A DNA stretch of 64,000 nt, taken from assembly GCF_000181795.1 (NCBI RefSeq), contig NW_003526940.1:1151527-1215526 (forward strand). The letters run 5' to 3'. A program made the position numbers and the translations under genes. Shown here piece after piece: positions 30,472-41,595 of this stretch. This DNA is from Trichinella spiralis. Taxonomy: Eukaryota. Under the pieces are notes generated by a model. The model had not been told where the DNA came from, did no database searches, and worked only from the letters and a program-made list of their open reading frames with translations. Within the stretch, counting starts at the first letter, position 1, and each line of letters begins with the position of its first letter.

Positions 30472-32411
30472 TCAATCACGAGAGCTACTTCTGCCACTTT
30501 TTTCAGAACGAGTACGAGATGGACTTCTCGAAAATGAACGTGTTCTGGAACGAGAATACGAAGCCGAATCACTGCGGGAACGAGAATGGCTTCTCGATGA
30601 ACGTGAATGATTTCTTGAACGCGAACGACTTCGACTACGGGAACGGCTGGGCGAACGCCTACGGTATCGTCGATCTTCCAAACTGCGTTCTCTAGGCGAA
30701 TCACTGTAACGTCTGTAGAAAATGTCAATTAATTAAAAAAAATAATACTGACATTTAAATAATAATAAATTCTTTTAAATTTAAATAAACTAAAACCCTG
30801 TTTGTTTTCTTTAAACATTACTGTAAAATATTTGCGAGAAAAAATCAAGATCAAATCATCATCATACCCTCACGCATTCGACAAAAAGAATAACAAACAA
30901 AAAAATACCGTTGATCGAAAAATACTGTGAGACTGACAGTTCACACTTTTCATACAGAATGGTGTGAAATAAATCACTTACTAGAATTCTACTACTATCA
31001 GATCACCGTTTACAACTGCAAGATCAGGTAGTCAGTCACTCTGGTGTAATTTGGGTTGACTTGAAAAAATAAAAATTGCTTCTGACGAAGTTAACAGGAA
31101 ATTTTTACATTACACACTGCGAACAAGTTCAAACTGACCGCCTGTCATGTTCGCTTTCTGGTATAGAAAAACACATACCATATACACGCATACATACGAC
31201 AAGTATGTATGCGTGTATAGGTTTTTGCGACTTCCGGCATTTCGCGGCCGATGAATTTCTAAACCGGCATCTACATGAAAAAAATCAGCATCTGCAGCAG
31301 GAAGCATGCCAACAGCAGGACGACTTCTGCGGCTCCAGCTCTGCTTAGCTGATATGTGTATACAGCTTCATCTTCAATAACATAACTTCAACAATTATTT
31401 TTATAACTTTCACGCAGTCGAGTCGCTGTTTAAATAAAATACAAGCACTGCTAACATAATGCTTGTGACTACTCCCAAAAAATTCTAATTTGATAACATG
31501 TCAATTAAACATTGAATTGGGAAAAAATTTTTTTTAATGAATACAATTTTTACACCATCATAAATGAAATGTTAAATGATCAAAGTTAACTTCCCCATGT
31601 ATAAAAGATATATGCGTTAATCGCGAGCCACTGATTAAATACAAATAATGTGATCACAACAGTGAAACGAAATATTCATGCGAAAATGCAGCGTTTCGCT
31701 CAATTTTCAAAGCATGAATACAATTATCTGAAAAAAACCGGTCAACACTATCTTTACCAACTTACCGGAAATAAATGCAGAATAAATTGAATAAAGATGA
31801 TAAAAAAATTATTTTTTTTAATGAAATTTAAAAACGTTTTAAAACCTTAAATTTGTTGATTTTAAATAAACTTTATTTGGCAGCTGCGTAAACATGCTCA
31901 ATCTGCGAATGAAACTGCAGCAACCAAAATGCTTCAGTGATTAAAAGCAGGAATAAGTTCAAATAGAAATATAAAAATAATAGAATAAATAAAACACTAA
32001 CCGGCGTCTGTAACTTTCACGTTCACGATCGTCAATCGGACGCCCATAGCGAGCCATAACAATGTGAACTTGCCTGCCGTCTACGCGACGACCATCCATT
32101 CGAGCCATTGCTTCTTCAGCGTCACGACGACTATGAAAACGTACAAATGCAAAACCACGACTATCTCTAGTCCAGCGATCGCGGGGTATGTGAATATCAC
32201 CAATCTCTCCAAACTTTTCGAACGCCCGACGCAATTCCGCAGGACCTGTACGCGCGGACAAATTATCTATCTATAAAAAAAATAAAAAGAAAAAAATTAA
32301 ACATAATCATACAATTCAAAACATCTTAAATGTGAAAAAAAATATTTAAAATACTTTCAGCGACGTCATTCCTTCAATTTTTGGAGGCGGAGCTCGACTT
32401 CTGGAAGACAT
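30472..32411 (-). CDS. SRSF2: SR splicing factor SC35/SRSF2 (rsp-4-like): single RRM plus RS domain, 3 constitutive coding exons
   Basis: [63 protein letters not shown], followed by an RS-rich exon. Splice phases are compatible (CG|A). Confidence 0.95.
30982..31059 (-). other. Putative poison cassette exon (78 nt) in the SRSF2 long intron
   Basis: Acceptor TTTTTATTTTTTCAAG and donor GTAAGT. In the incoming phase it reads [13 protein letters not shown]. Confidence 0.7.
31181..31219. repeat. Perfect 17-bp inverted repeat with 5-nt loop
   Basis: TATACACGCATACATAC-GACAA-GTATGTATGCGTGTATA; the arms are exact reverse complements. Confidence 0.95.
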
Positions 32412-35400
32412 CCTAAAACAACATTTACAGTCTGTTCACAAAAATAATAAATCAATGACATTTTCGACTTATGATGTAATGAAATGATACTGATAGTGTA
32501 AAAACGCTGTTTTACATTAGTAAAGGCTTAATAATTTAGAAGCAAGAAAAAAAGAAAATTTTGTTTTAAATGATAATCTATTAAATTGGATTGAAAACAG
32601 AAATAATTTTTTCATGAAATTAATGAAAAAATCTCAAAAGCATGAGTTACAGTATTAGATGTAATAACACAGGGAAACAAAAGAATTAACACTCACTTCA
32701 ATCCGACAAAACAAACGAAATGAACTGTCAAAATGACTAAATGTAGTGGATCATGTGTTAAAGAAAAGCAAGTTTAAATTAAAAATTATTATGCTACATT
32801 TGTTATTCATTCAAATCACATAAATAAAGTTAACTTTTAATTTAAAATAGATGTCCCTTTTTTAAATTCAGATCCAGTTTTTCAAGTAGATCCATTTTTT
32901 TAAATATTTGCTTATTATCATACTGTAAATGATTACTAACATTCGTTGTTACGGAAAGCATACTGTATTAAATAGCATTCAGGTATACATAATTAAGAAA
33001 AAAAAAATTTTATGGTAATTTGAAATTGTTTTAACGCATCGTAACGCACGTTTCAGACCAATGAGAATCAAAAACAACCAGAAATTTTGATAGCATTTCT
33101 TTAAACTGTCACTTACTTGTCTACCGTAATCTGAAATTTTATCCGTTTAAAACATTCCTGTTTAATCCAGAAATTCTCAGAAATTCTGTTTTTCAAATAT
33201 ACGTTACAAATAATTAATCAATTAATCAATAATTTTTATTGTAAGATAAATCACATAGTTCACAACATTGTGCACTACATTTATTCATGAAAATCATATT
33301 ATTTTACCAGCTTACTCTACTGTGTATTTGCCATGTCATCACACATGAGGTATAGAAATGCAATAGTGTGATCAAAGTAAAGTATATCTGTTGTTTTATT
33401 TTTAATTTCATTATGCTTATTTTTTCATGTTTTTTAGTTTTCCAGCAGAACAGGAACTTTGGATAAGCTGCCTTTCAGTAAATATGCCTGAAACCTGAAA
33501 TCTCTGTTAATGTTTTTAACGTCAGCATTGTCTTTCTACAGAAGCATTGGAAGTAGTATCTCTTTATTACGCTGAACTCTAAGCGGAATCATCAGTAGGA
33601 AGCACAAAAATAAATGGTTTGAAAGTGCCGTACATATAAAGGCTTTTGAAGGCGCTGCAGACTTTTGAAATGGCATTATGAATCATAGCGTTGCAGGCCA
33701 AGTCTAGTGAGGTTCAAGAGCAGAGAAGACGCGAAATCATTTCCTTTTTATTCACGAAATGTTACAAAAAGTAGAACAAGTGGAAGCCACTTTTATCAGT
33801 TCAAATTTCAAAAGTGAATGGATTCAAACATCGAAACAAGACGATGATGTTTCTGTGAAATTATACTTCCATTTACGTGAAAGTCGTTGGAAAAAAATCA
33901 TCATTGTTTCGTAAAGAAAACAGTGAACGTTCTTCAAAAGCTACAAAGATAAACGAAAATTACACCGAGTCGACACAGCATAAAGTGTTGTTGAATAAAC
34001 TTTGGAATCAGTTAAGTATTTTACAATCTATCTTCACTCAACAAAGTTACTTAGAAGACTTGCAAAATGTGGAGTATCTAGACAAAATGTATGACTGAAA
34101 ACGAAACCAATAGAGAAGTAACGAAATTTCTCCAATAAACCGATGGTAATACTGTCAATAGCACTTAATTTCATAATGCGCTTGATTTAATTAATTTCAT
34201 ATTTTGCAGATTCTAAACAATCAAGAAAAGTTACTATAGTATTGAAAGACTGAAAAATTGCAACCCCAAAGGATGTGATCCTTTTCGCCTATGCGAGCTT
34301 TATTTCAATTTACGATAATTTCCAATTTTATTGACAATCACGTCTTATTGATTTTTATAATATATCTGTTGCAGGCCAAGTCCATCGCAATTGGTGTACA
34401 CACAGGCGGCCATTCAGTTACTCTGTTAATTTTTGATTTATAATTTTGCTTTTTAAATAAAATTTTACTTCTGCACTGTTTGTTGTTACTAATATACTTT
34501 TAATTTCTACTTTAAAATTTTTTATATTCTGAAAAATAACTTTTATTGGTTTATACTTTATTCCACTATAATGCATAAGTGTTGTTCTTTTTGTTTTACT
34601 GGTGTATTTCAACTTGTATACGTTGCCACTATAAATAAGTTACTCAGTATGACAACAAGTTTTGCACAATCTGGTAGCATCACCCATTTAGAATAAATCA
34701 GATACAAAAGTAGAAAAAACAAAGCAGATGAAACAAAATTTTTTTCTTTCGTAACTTTAAATAGTGAAAATGCAAATTTGACCTTTTCATCACTTGTTTC
34801 TCAACACGAATTTGGCCTTTTCATGTATTGTGAATGAATTAAATCTTTTGCCGGCATACTGCTAATTATTCACGCAAATTCTTAACTTTCCCACACTTCA
34901 ACCTAGTATTTAAAAGTGAGTTCAACAATTGGCTGAAAGGCTGCATGAATATTGTACGGTTGGCAAAGCTTTTATTTGGAAATGGCGATGTCATGGAGAT
35001 TTCGCATAGCCTGTCACTTCTGCCATAAAATTTGTTTTTTCACCGATTGCCAAACCTATGTAATAAAATGGACTAAAAGAATGGAGCTTGAGTTATCAGG
35101 AACCACTAAAATATGGCGTTTTTATATAATAATATATTTTAAATTGCTTTTAAACTATTGTTGTGGTATAAAATTGTCTATTCAGACGGAAAACACACGA
35201 AAATTGACTAATAGTACAGTAATAGTAACAGATAATCAAGTTGAATAACACACGTATTCGCTGTCGGCAGAATTTTTTCATCAGATACATCGCGTAGATT
35301 ATTTGTTCAATAAAAGTCAAGTGATGTGGATATTTTATGCTAAACAATTGGAACAAGCAAAAGATAGAACTGAAAACCGTGGGAACTGCATTACATTTGA

Positions 35401-35743
35401 GATATAAAACCCAATTTGAAGCAGTTAAGTCTGGCAAATATTTCCTGTTCTATCAAGATACAAACTCACTTACTAATTTACCATTTTTTGTGTTCAATTT
35501 GTTAATTTTTAATTACCACATTTTATATTGTGTTTCACTTTGGTACAATAAAATACACAATAGCAATTGAAATTGTTCTTAAAAATGCTACTAATTAAAA
35601 AGCATAGAATGCGCAAGTTTATTGTATGCAAAAATTGAAATGCAATGTTTATTTGTACAAAATAATGAGAATATTTGAGCAATACGATACCTATTCATGA
35701 TGTTGTGTAATTATCATGTGACCATTTGTTCAACAAGTGTTTG

Positions 35744-37328
35744 TCAAAGTCGTCCGCTGTGCTTCAATAAAATACTCCAATATAAAAGGTTGAATACCAA
35801 AAAAATAGAAGGAAATATTATTCTTGCGTATTTATCAATGTCGCTAGAAGAGCAGCAATGATGGTTTCGGAATTTTTTTGTTGACAGTTTTTTAAATGAA
35901 TTCAAAGAATGCCGCTGAAATCTCGGATATTTCGGTATCGTTGTAGTGGACTGTGGAATTGCAAACGGATCTACCGGATGCATCCATGTTGATGCATTTA
36001 ACGACTGAAGAGAAACAAAATTATTATTTTATTTTCTAACCGAATAAATTGAATAAATAAATTTTACTCACCGTCGTGCTAGTCAGCTTGTCGCATTCAC
36101 ATGGCAGTTCCTCAGTTGTATTCAGTTGGCAAGATGTACTACCTAATTGCCATGGATTCGGAGATGTTTCATGCATTGGAGGTGGTAGACGATTCAGAGG
36201 TGTGAGCAATGAAGGACCTGCAGACATTTGAGCGTCTTCTTGTGCGACTTTTGCAAAAGCGTCTTCAATTTTTTTCTGTTTCTTTCTTTTGTCTTTGTAA
36301 GTGACAAAAGCATATTCAATAAGTGCACAAAATACCATTACGTAGCAGAAACCAAGATATATGTCTACAGCTTTGACGTAGCTTACTTTCGGCAACTGCC
36401 CATTAGTTGTGGTCATCAGTGTCGTCATAGTCAAAACTGTCATAATTCCTAATGTGACTCTAGCCGGAGCTGATTCACGACTTATCCAAAATGAAACCCA
36501 TGAGATCATTACTACCATAAGAGCTGGTTGATAAATTTGTACCCAGTAGAAACTTAAATTTCGAGAAAATGTCAAATGACAGGTTAACCTGGAATAATCG
36601 CCTAAAAAATAAAATGATTACTTTATAACATTTAATATTTAAAAAATCGTTACTTTTAGTTAAGCATATTTTAATATACACTGCATAATGCACAATTTTT
36701 AGATTATTGCTTGCAACAGGACTAATATTTAAACACATCACAATGAAAGCGTATTGATTATACAACATTACAAATAATGTTATCTTTAATACTGAATCAG
36801 AAATGGCAAATGAAATACGAATTATTAATCATGACACATTTGATAATTTAAGCCTGTTGATAAATGTCATATTGATGAACTTCATTTCTTATTAGTAGTT
36901 GTTGTTAGTTTCATAATATTTCTGTTGGTGATGGTGTCGCTTTCCATTCAAAAAACTACCAATAAATTGTTATTAAAAAAGAAAAGCAAAGATATAAATG
37001 AAAATGCTTCATTTCTTCAGAAACAAAATTGATTTAAATAGCAAAATTTCATTAAACTACTATTAAATTGTTCAACGTTACAAATAGATAAAAATTAGCA
37101 CCAATTTTTTAGCAGTAGTAAATTTTACGTGGTTAGCATTACATTAAGACTAAGCTATTTTTTTTTATTTTTGAATGCGCATATTACCTGTACTGAGCGT
37201 AATTTTTCGCTCAACTATGAATAAATCCTGTAGCTCAAACGTCGGTAGCTTACGAATTTCAGCATCAAATGTAACAGACTGGAATCCTTTCAGCCAAAAC
37301 AATCTTATATCAGCATCAGAGTAACCAT
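35744..37328 (-). CDS. unc-49: GABA-gated chloride channel C-terminal module 2 (UNC-49C-like), exons 37188-37328, 36072-36601, 35744-36004
   Basis: (Y)GYSDADIRLFW..LSTG/DYSRL, M1 [20 protein letters not shown]2 [18 protein letters not shown]3 AVDIYLGFCYVMVFCALIEY, M4 IDKYARIIFPSIFLVFNLLYW. It has no N-terminal or Cys-loop exon of its own. Confidence 0.85.
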
Positions 37329-37375
37329 CTATGAAAAAACTATTTTTTATACGCAATACAAAAAAATTGTAACTT

Positions 37376-37394
37376 TTTGTGAGCACCAGTTGAA
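37376..37394 (-). promoter_or_regulatory. Putative selector sequence upstream of the module-2 acceptor
   Basis: Plus-strand TTTGTGAGCACCAGTTGAA is complementary to 39552-39571 (12 perfect bp, 1-nt bulge, 7 bp). Confidence 0.6.
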
Positions 37395-37813
37395 AAAAGT
37401 ATCTCTTTGGCATTTTATCAAATTATTATATATTCAAGAAAGATGAGACAGTTTACATTATAGAATATGAAATGCAACTTGATTGCCTTGTTAAATAATA
37501 AAATGGGCACCTCGAATATTCGAATTCTATTTTTAAATTCTATTATGCCAGTAATGATAGTATTCAAGCTTTCTTTTTAAATAATTCAATGGAGTAAATT
37601 TTATAAAGATGAATAATAGATTCATATTCTACGGATTTAATCCCAATTTAGCACTTTTTCATAATATATAATACAGAAAAGTAAAACTTAGGCAATGAAG
37701 ATGATTGTTCTTCGCAATGACAATAAGCTCGATAATAAGGATGAATTTTTCACAATTTTTAACGTCCTGAAATATGTTGAAAAAGACATAATCGGTGGTG
37801 AAAAACTTCTGCT

Positions 37814-39305
37814 CTAAACTCTAGAAACTTTTTCATTAATTTCTTGTCGACTAATGAAAAAACATGAAATCCAGTAAACGGCGTTGAAAAACAAAAAAAA
37901 TAAAGGAAACATTATTCTTGAATATTTGTCGATGGATGACGGAGTGACGTGATGTAGCATGTGACGACGCAGTTTTGGTCGAGAGACAATTCGCATAGGC
38001 ACTGGGCGAATTTGATTCATGTCACAATCACATTCAAGCTGTGACATAGAGAGAGAAGGGCTCATATCGGCATTCGCAAAACGCTTAGCATTGGGTCGAT
38101 ATTGAGCTCTATTTTTTGCTGAAGAGGTATAAGGGTAATATGATGATCGGGGTGCAGATCCCTGTAAAGTGAAAAGGATTTATTAAAAAAATCAAATTAG
38201 TTATATTCATCAAGGAATAATCATGCGTGACACTTTCATATTAAAACATTTTGCTAATTCATAAGATTCATCATTTTATACTTTATTTGATTCATTAAGA
38301 AACAGATTTTTTTTCTGCTTGCTGGCTGATAAGATACGCTAAGCTTATATTAAGTGGACAATAAAAAACAAATTTATTTTATAAAATGTTGAAGCTTCTG
38401 CTTTTCATAAATCAAAATTACACATTTTCAAAAGTTATAAAAATATTTTGTAAACAATTTTTTTTCATTAAAAAGCAGCTAATTGTTTAAACGTTAATTA
38501 AGCAGTAACTATATATCGATTGTTGATAATTGTGAAAATAATAATGATAATAATTGAAGCAAATTATAAGAAGAAATAGATGAAGCAGCAACTTACAGAA
38601 GATACGAAAGATGCCATCATTGGATCGGCAGATGATAAAATCCCAGAAGAAGACAAAGGTGGAGGCATATGTTGAACAGTTTGTTGCTGCTTTCGGCGTT
38701 CTTGTTTCATTTTAACTTTTTTGTTCAAGTAACTAACGGCAGCATATTCAATCAATGAAGCAAAGACCATAACAAAACATGTCCCCAAATATATATCTAT
38801 AGCTTTTATGTAAGATACTTTTGGCAAGCTTGCATTAGTAGTGGTCATTAGTGTAGTCATTGTTAACACTGTTGTAACACCAAGAGCAACACGAGCAGGT
38901 GATGCATCACGATGAATCCAAAATGAGACCCAAGAAATGATGACAATCAGCATTGAAGGAATGTATATTTGCATCATATAAAATCCAATGTTACGCACGA
39001 AAACAAATTTTACATGGAGTCGGGAATAATTGCCTTAAATTAAAATTTTTGAAACAAACAAATTCACTATTTTATTGCTTTACATGATAAGTTTGTGTTA
39101 TTTTAAAGAAAACTATTACTATAATCTACATTTATTATTCATAGATGAATAAGTTAAAAGAAAAACATTTTACCTGTACTTAATGTTATTGTTCTATTCT
39201 TCATTGTAAAATGTGCCACATAAAATTGTGGTAAAAATACTTCGTCCATTGTTACAGTTTTGTTTTCAAGCCATCTATATTTTGTGTCTGCTTCAGAATA
39301 ACCGT
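37814..39305 (-). CDS. unc-49: GABA-gated chloride channel C-terminal module 1 (UNC-49A/B or Rdl-like), exons 39174-39305, 38597-39033, 37814-38161
   Basis: (Y)[21 protein letters not shown]1 [20 protein letters not shown]2 [18 protein letters not shown]3 [21 protein letters not shown]4 [21 protein letters not shown], with its own stop codon. Confidence 0.88.
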
Positions 39306-39551
39306 CTATAAAATGAGAACAGAAGTGTGTCACTGAAAAAATCTGATGCTACTTTGTTGCCAGCTTTTTTTGTGCTTCAACAATGTACAAAGCGAGCAGG
39401 GTGGAGGTAAACAAAAGTGAATACCGCGTTCAGCGGTTTACGAGCATTAAAAATGGGAAAAATATCATCACCAAAACTACCGTCTTACTGTAAACAGCGC
39501 TGAAACAGAACTAATTTTCTTATTCTCAGGATTTGACGTTACTGTGCAATA

Positions 39552-39573
39552 TTCAACTGGTGCACCACAAAGT
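39552..39573 (-). promoter_or_regulatory. Putative docking site about 50-70 nt downstream of the shared exon donor
   Basis: Plus-strand TTCAACTGGTGCACCACAAAGT pairs strongly with 37376-37394 and weakly with 39351-39365. Confidence 0.6.
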
Positions 39574-39625
39574 GATAAAATAAAAACGAAATCTACAATG
39601 CATGTGTCTAATTGTTTCTACTTAC

Positions 39626-39708
39626 AGCTTTCAATTTCCAAGGTGCATTCTTGGGAATCCAAAGGAAACAAATGTAGCAACATTGGACAAGATGCAGTTA
39701 CAGTTAAT
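39626..39708 (-). CDS. unc-49: Shared Cys-loop exon of the GABA receptor; upstream exons not visible (assembly gap follows)
   Basis: Encodes LTVTASCPMLLHLFPLDSQECTLEIES and ends in phase 1 (T|GTAAG). This joins either module as S-Y-G-Y (T|AC GGT or T|AT GGT). Confidence 0.9.
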
Positions 39709-39763
39709 CTTAAATATTAAATTGTAGTGTTGTTGATTTCACATAAAAATAAGAACAGATAAA

Positions 39764-39881
39764 NNNNNNNNNNNNNNNNNNNNNNNNNNNNNNNNNNNNN
39801 NNNNNNNNNNNNNNNNNNNNNNNNNNNNNNNNNNNNNNNNNNNNNNNNNNNNNNNNNNNNNNNNNNNNNNNNNNNNNNNNN
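39764..39881. other. Assembly gap (further gaps at 40849-40858 and 41383-41595)
   Basis: Runs of N. Confidence 1.
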
Positions 39882-39889
39882 AATGCTAA

Positions 39890-41198
39890 CGTTACGCGTT
39901 AGCTCGCAATTTCACTTAATTTTACGCATGATTTCTCGCATATGCCTTTGTCAAACATTGTTCGCGTTTCTCGTCACATCACATATGTTGGTAAAGGCGA
40001 TTTTAATACAAAGGAAAAATGCACAATTGACAAATTGTTCACAGTTGCAGCTTTCAAGCTAAACCAAGGAGTGACAAATACTAAATTGTTAGCATCTGAT
40101 TAATTTCTTGATTTTACTGGGAGTGTTCTATTTAAATCTTTCTTATTTCCAGTCCAAGAATTTTACTTTAATATTCACAAAGTTTCTTTCATTACGAAAC
40201 AATCAATATATGTATTTTTATACATGTCGATGAGGTTTGTGGTTTGTATGAAAAATCCTGCTTGACGTTCATACATTTCATATAAAATACAGTCCAACTT
40301 GATTAAGTGCATAAGATTTTGGCCGAAAAAAATTCCCTGTATTTAATTAAACGGTAAAATAATGGATAAGTGCACGGAAATTCTTTCGAAATTCCATGCT
40401 CAATTAACAAACTTAAAATGTAATTTGAAATGCAACATCAAACAGATCAGCTACATTATAGACGCTGTTTTTGATGCGGACAGTTTTAATATTTCGTTAT
40501 CATTGAAATATACATTGAAAGGTTGCAAATGGAAATGAAAACAGATGGCAATTTAAGTGTTCACCAACGCACTACCACCACTTTCATTCAGATGTTGAAA
40601 TAGAAAATTTACAATTTACACCAAATATATAAATAAATTTGTTTTTTGATTTGTAAATAATATTGCAGATTTTTAATTTTTTATTTAAATAAAATATACG
40701 AAGGAAAACAATAAATCTGTTGAACAGGAGCAAAAGAAACATTGGAAAGATTAAAGATAAAATTCGTTTGCAAACCAGAAAAATTTTCAGAGAACAGGCA
40801 GGAAAATCAGAAAAGTATTTCGGTGCTAACAAAAATTAGCAATTGCCANNNNNNNNNNGGAAGACCAATAAATCTGTTAGACAACGGAGCCAAAAGAAAC
40901 CCTTGGGAAGGATGAAAGGTACGTTTCCTTTGCAAACCAGAAAAATTTTTCAGAGGAACCGGGCAGGAAAATCAGAAAAAGTATTTCGGTGCTAACAAAA
41001 ATTAGCAATTGCCAATCTTAATTTTAACTGAGAACTGCACCTGTGGACAATTTATCACTTGTTAACTTTCCCTTTATATTAAAATTGCCATAACCAACAT
41101 ATGTGATTTGATGATGGGAAACGCGAACAATGTTTGACAAAGGCATATGCGTGAAATCATGCGTAAAATTCAGTGAAATTGCTAGCAAAAACGTAACG
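39890..41198. mobile_element. Non-autonomous long-TIR DNA transposon relic, probably Mutator-like (MULE)
   Basis: About 170-bp diverged inverted repeats (39890-~40063 vs ~41022-41198), e.g. GCATATGCCTTTGTCAAACATTGTTCGCGTTTC and its exact reverse complement. The interior has no intact ORF; a faint minus-strand FFGQNL..I.L fragment recalls the MULE FHFxQ region. No TSD seen. Confidence 0.75.
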
Positions 41199-41595
41199 CC
41201 TGGCTGTTCTTTATGTTGTTGTTGCTGCTATTGCCTACGAAAAATAAACATCACTACTTAACTTATCTTCTGTATCCTTTTTTCTGAACTATTACTATCG
41301 CATTCGATATCACCGTCACTTTCGCTCATTAAATTACATAGACATGACAAAAACTTACTATTGAAACGTGACTACTAAACTANNNNNNNNNNNNNNNNNN
41401 NNNNNNNNNNNNNNNNNNNNNNNNNNNNNNNNNNNNNNNNNNNNNNNNNNNNNNNNNNNNNNNNNNNNNNNNNNNNNNNNNNNNNNNNNNNNNNNNNNNN
41501 NNNNNNNNNNNNNNNNNNNNNNNNNNNNNNNNNNNNNNNNNNNNNNNNNNNNNNNNNNNNNNNNNNNNNNNNNNNNNNNNNNNNNNNNNNNNNNN

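Noticed and set aside
30453..30728. Overlapping ORFs with periodic N/E or V residues
   Set aside because: Alternate frames of the SRSF2 RS-repeat exon.
40707..41013. Tandem ~140-bp duplication flanking the 10-N gap
   Set aside because: The second copy begins with indel-rich, low-quality-looking sequence right at the gap, typical of unmerged contig ends.
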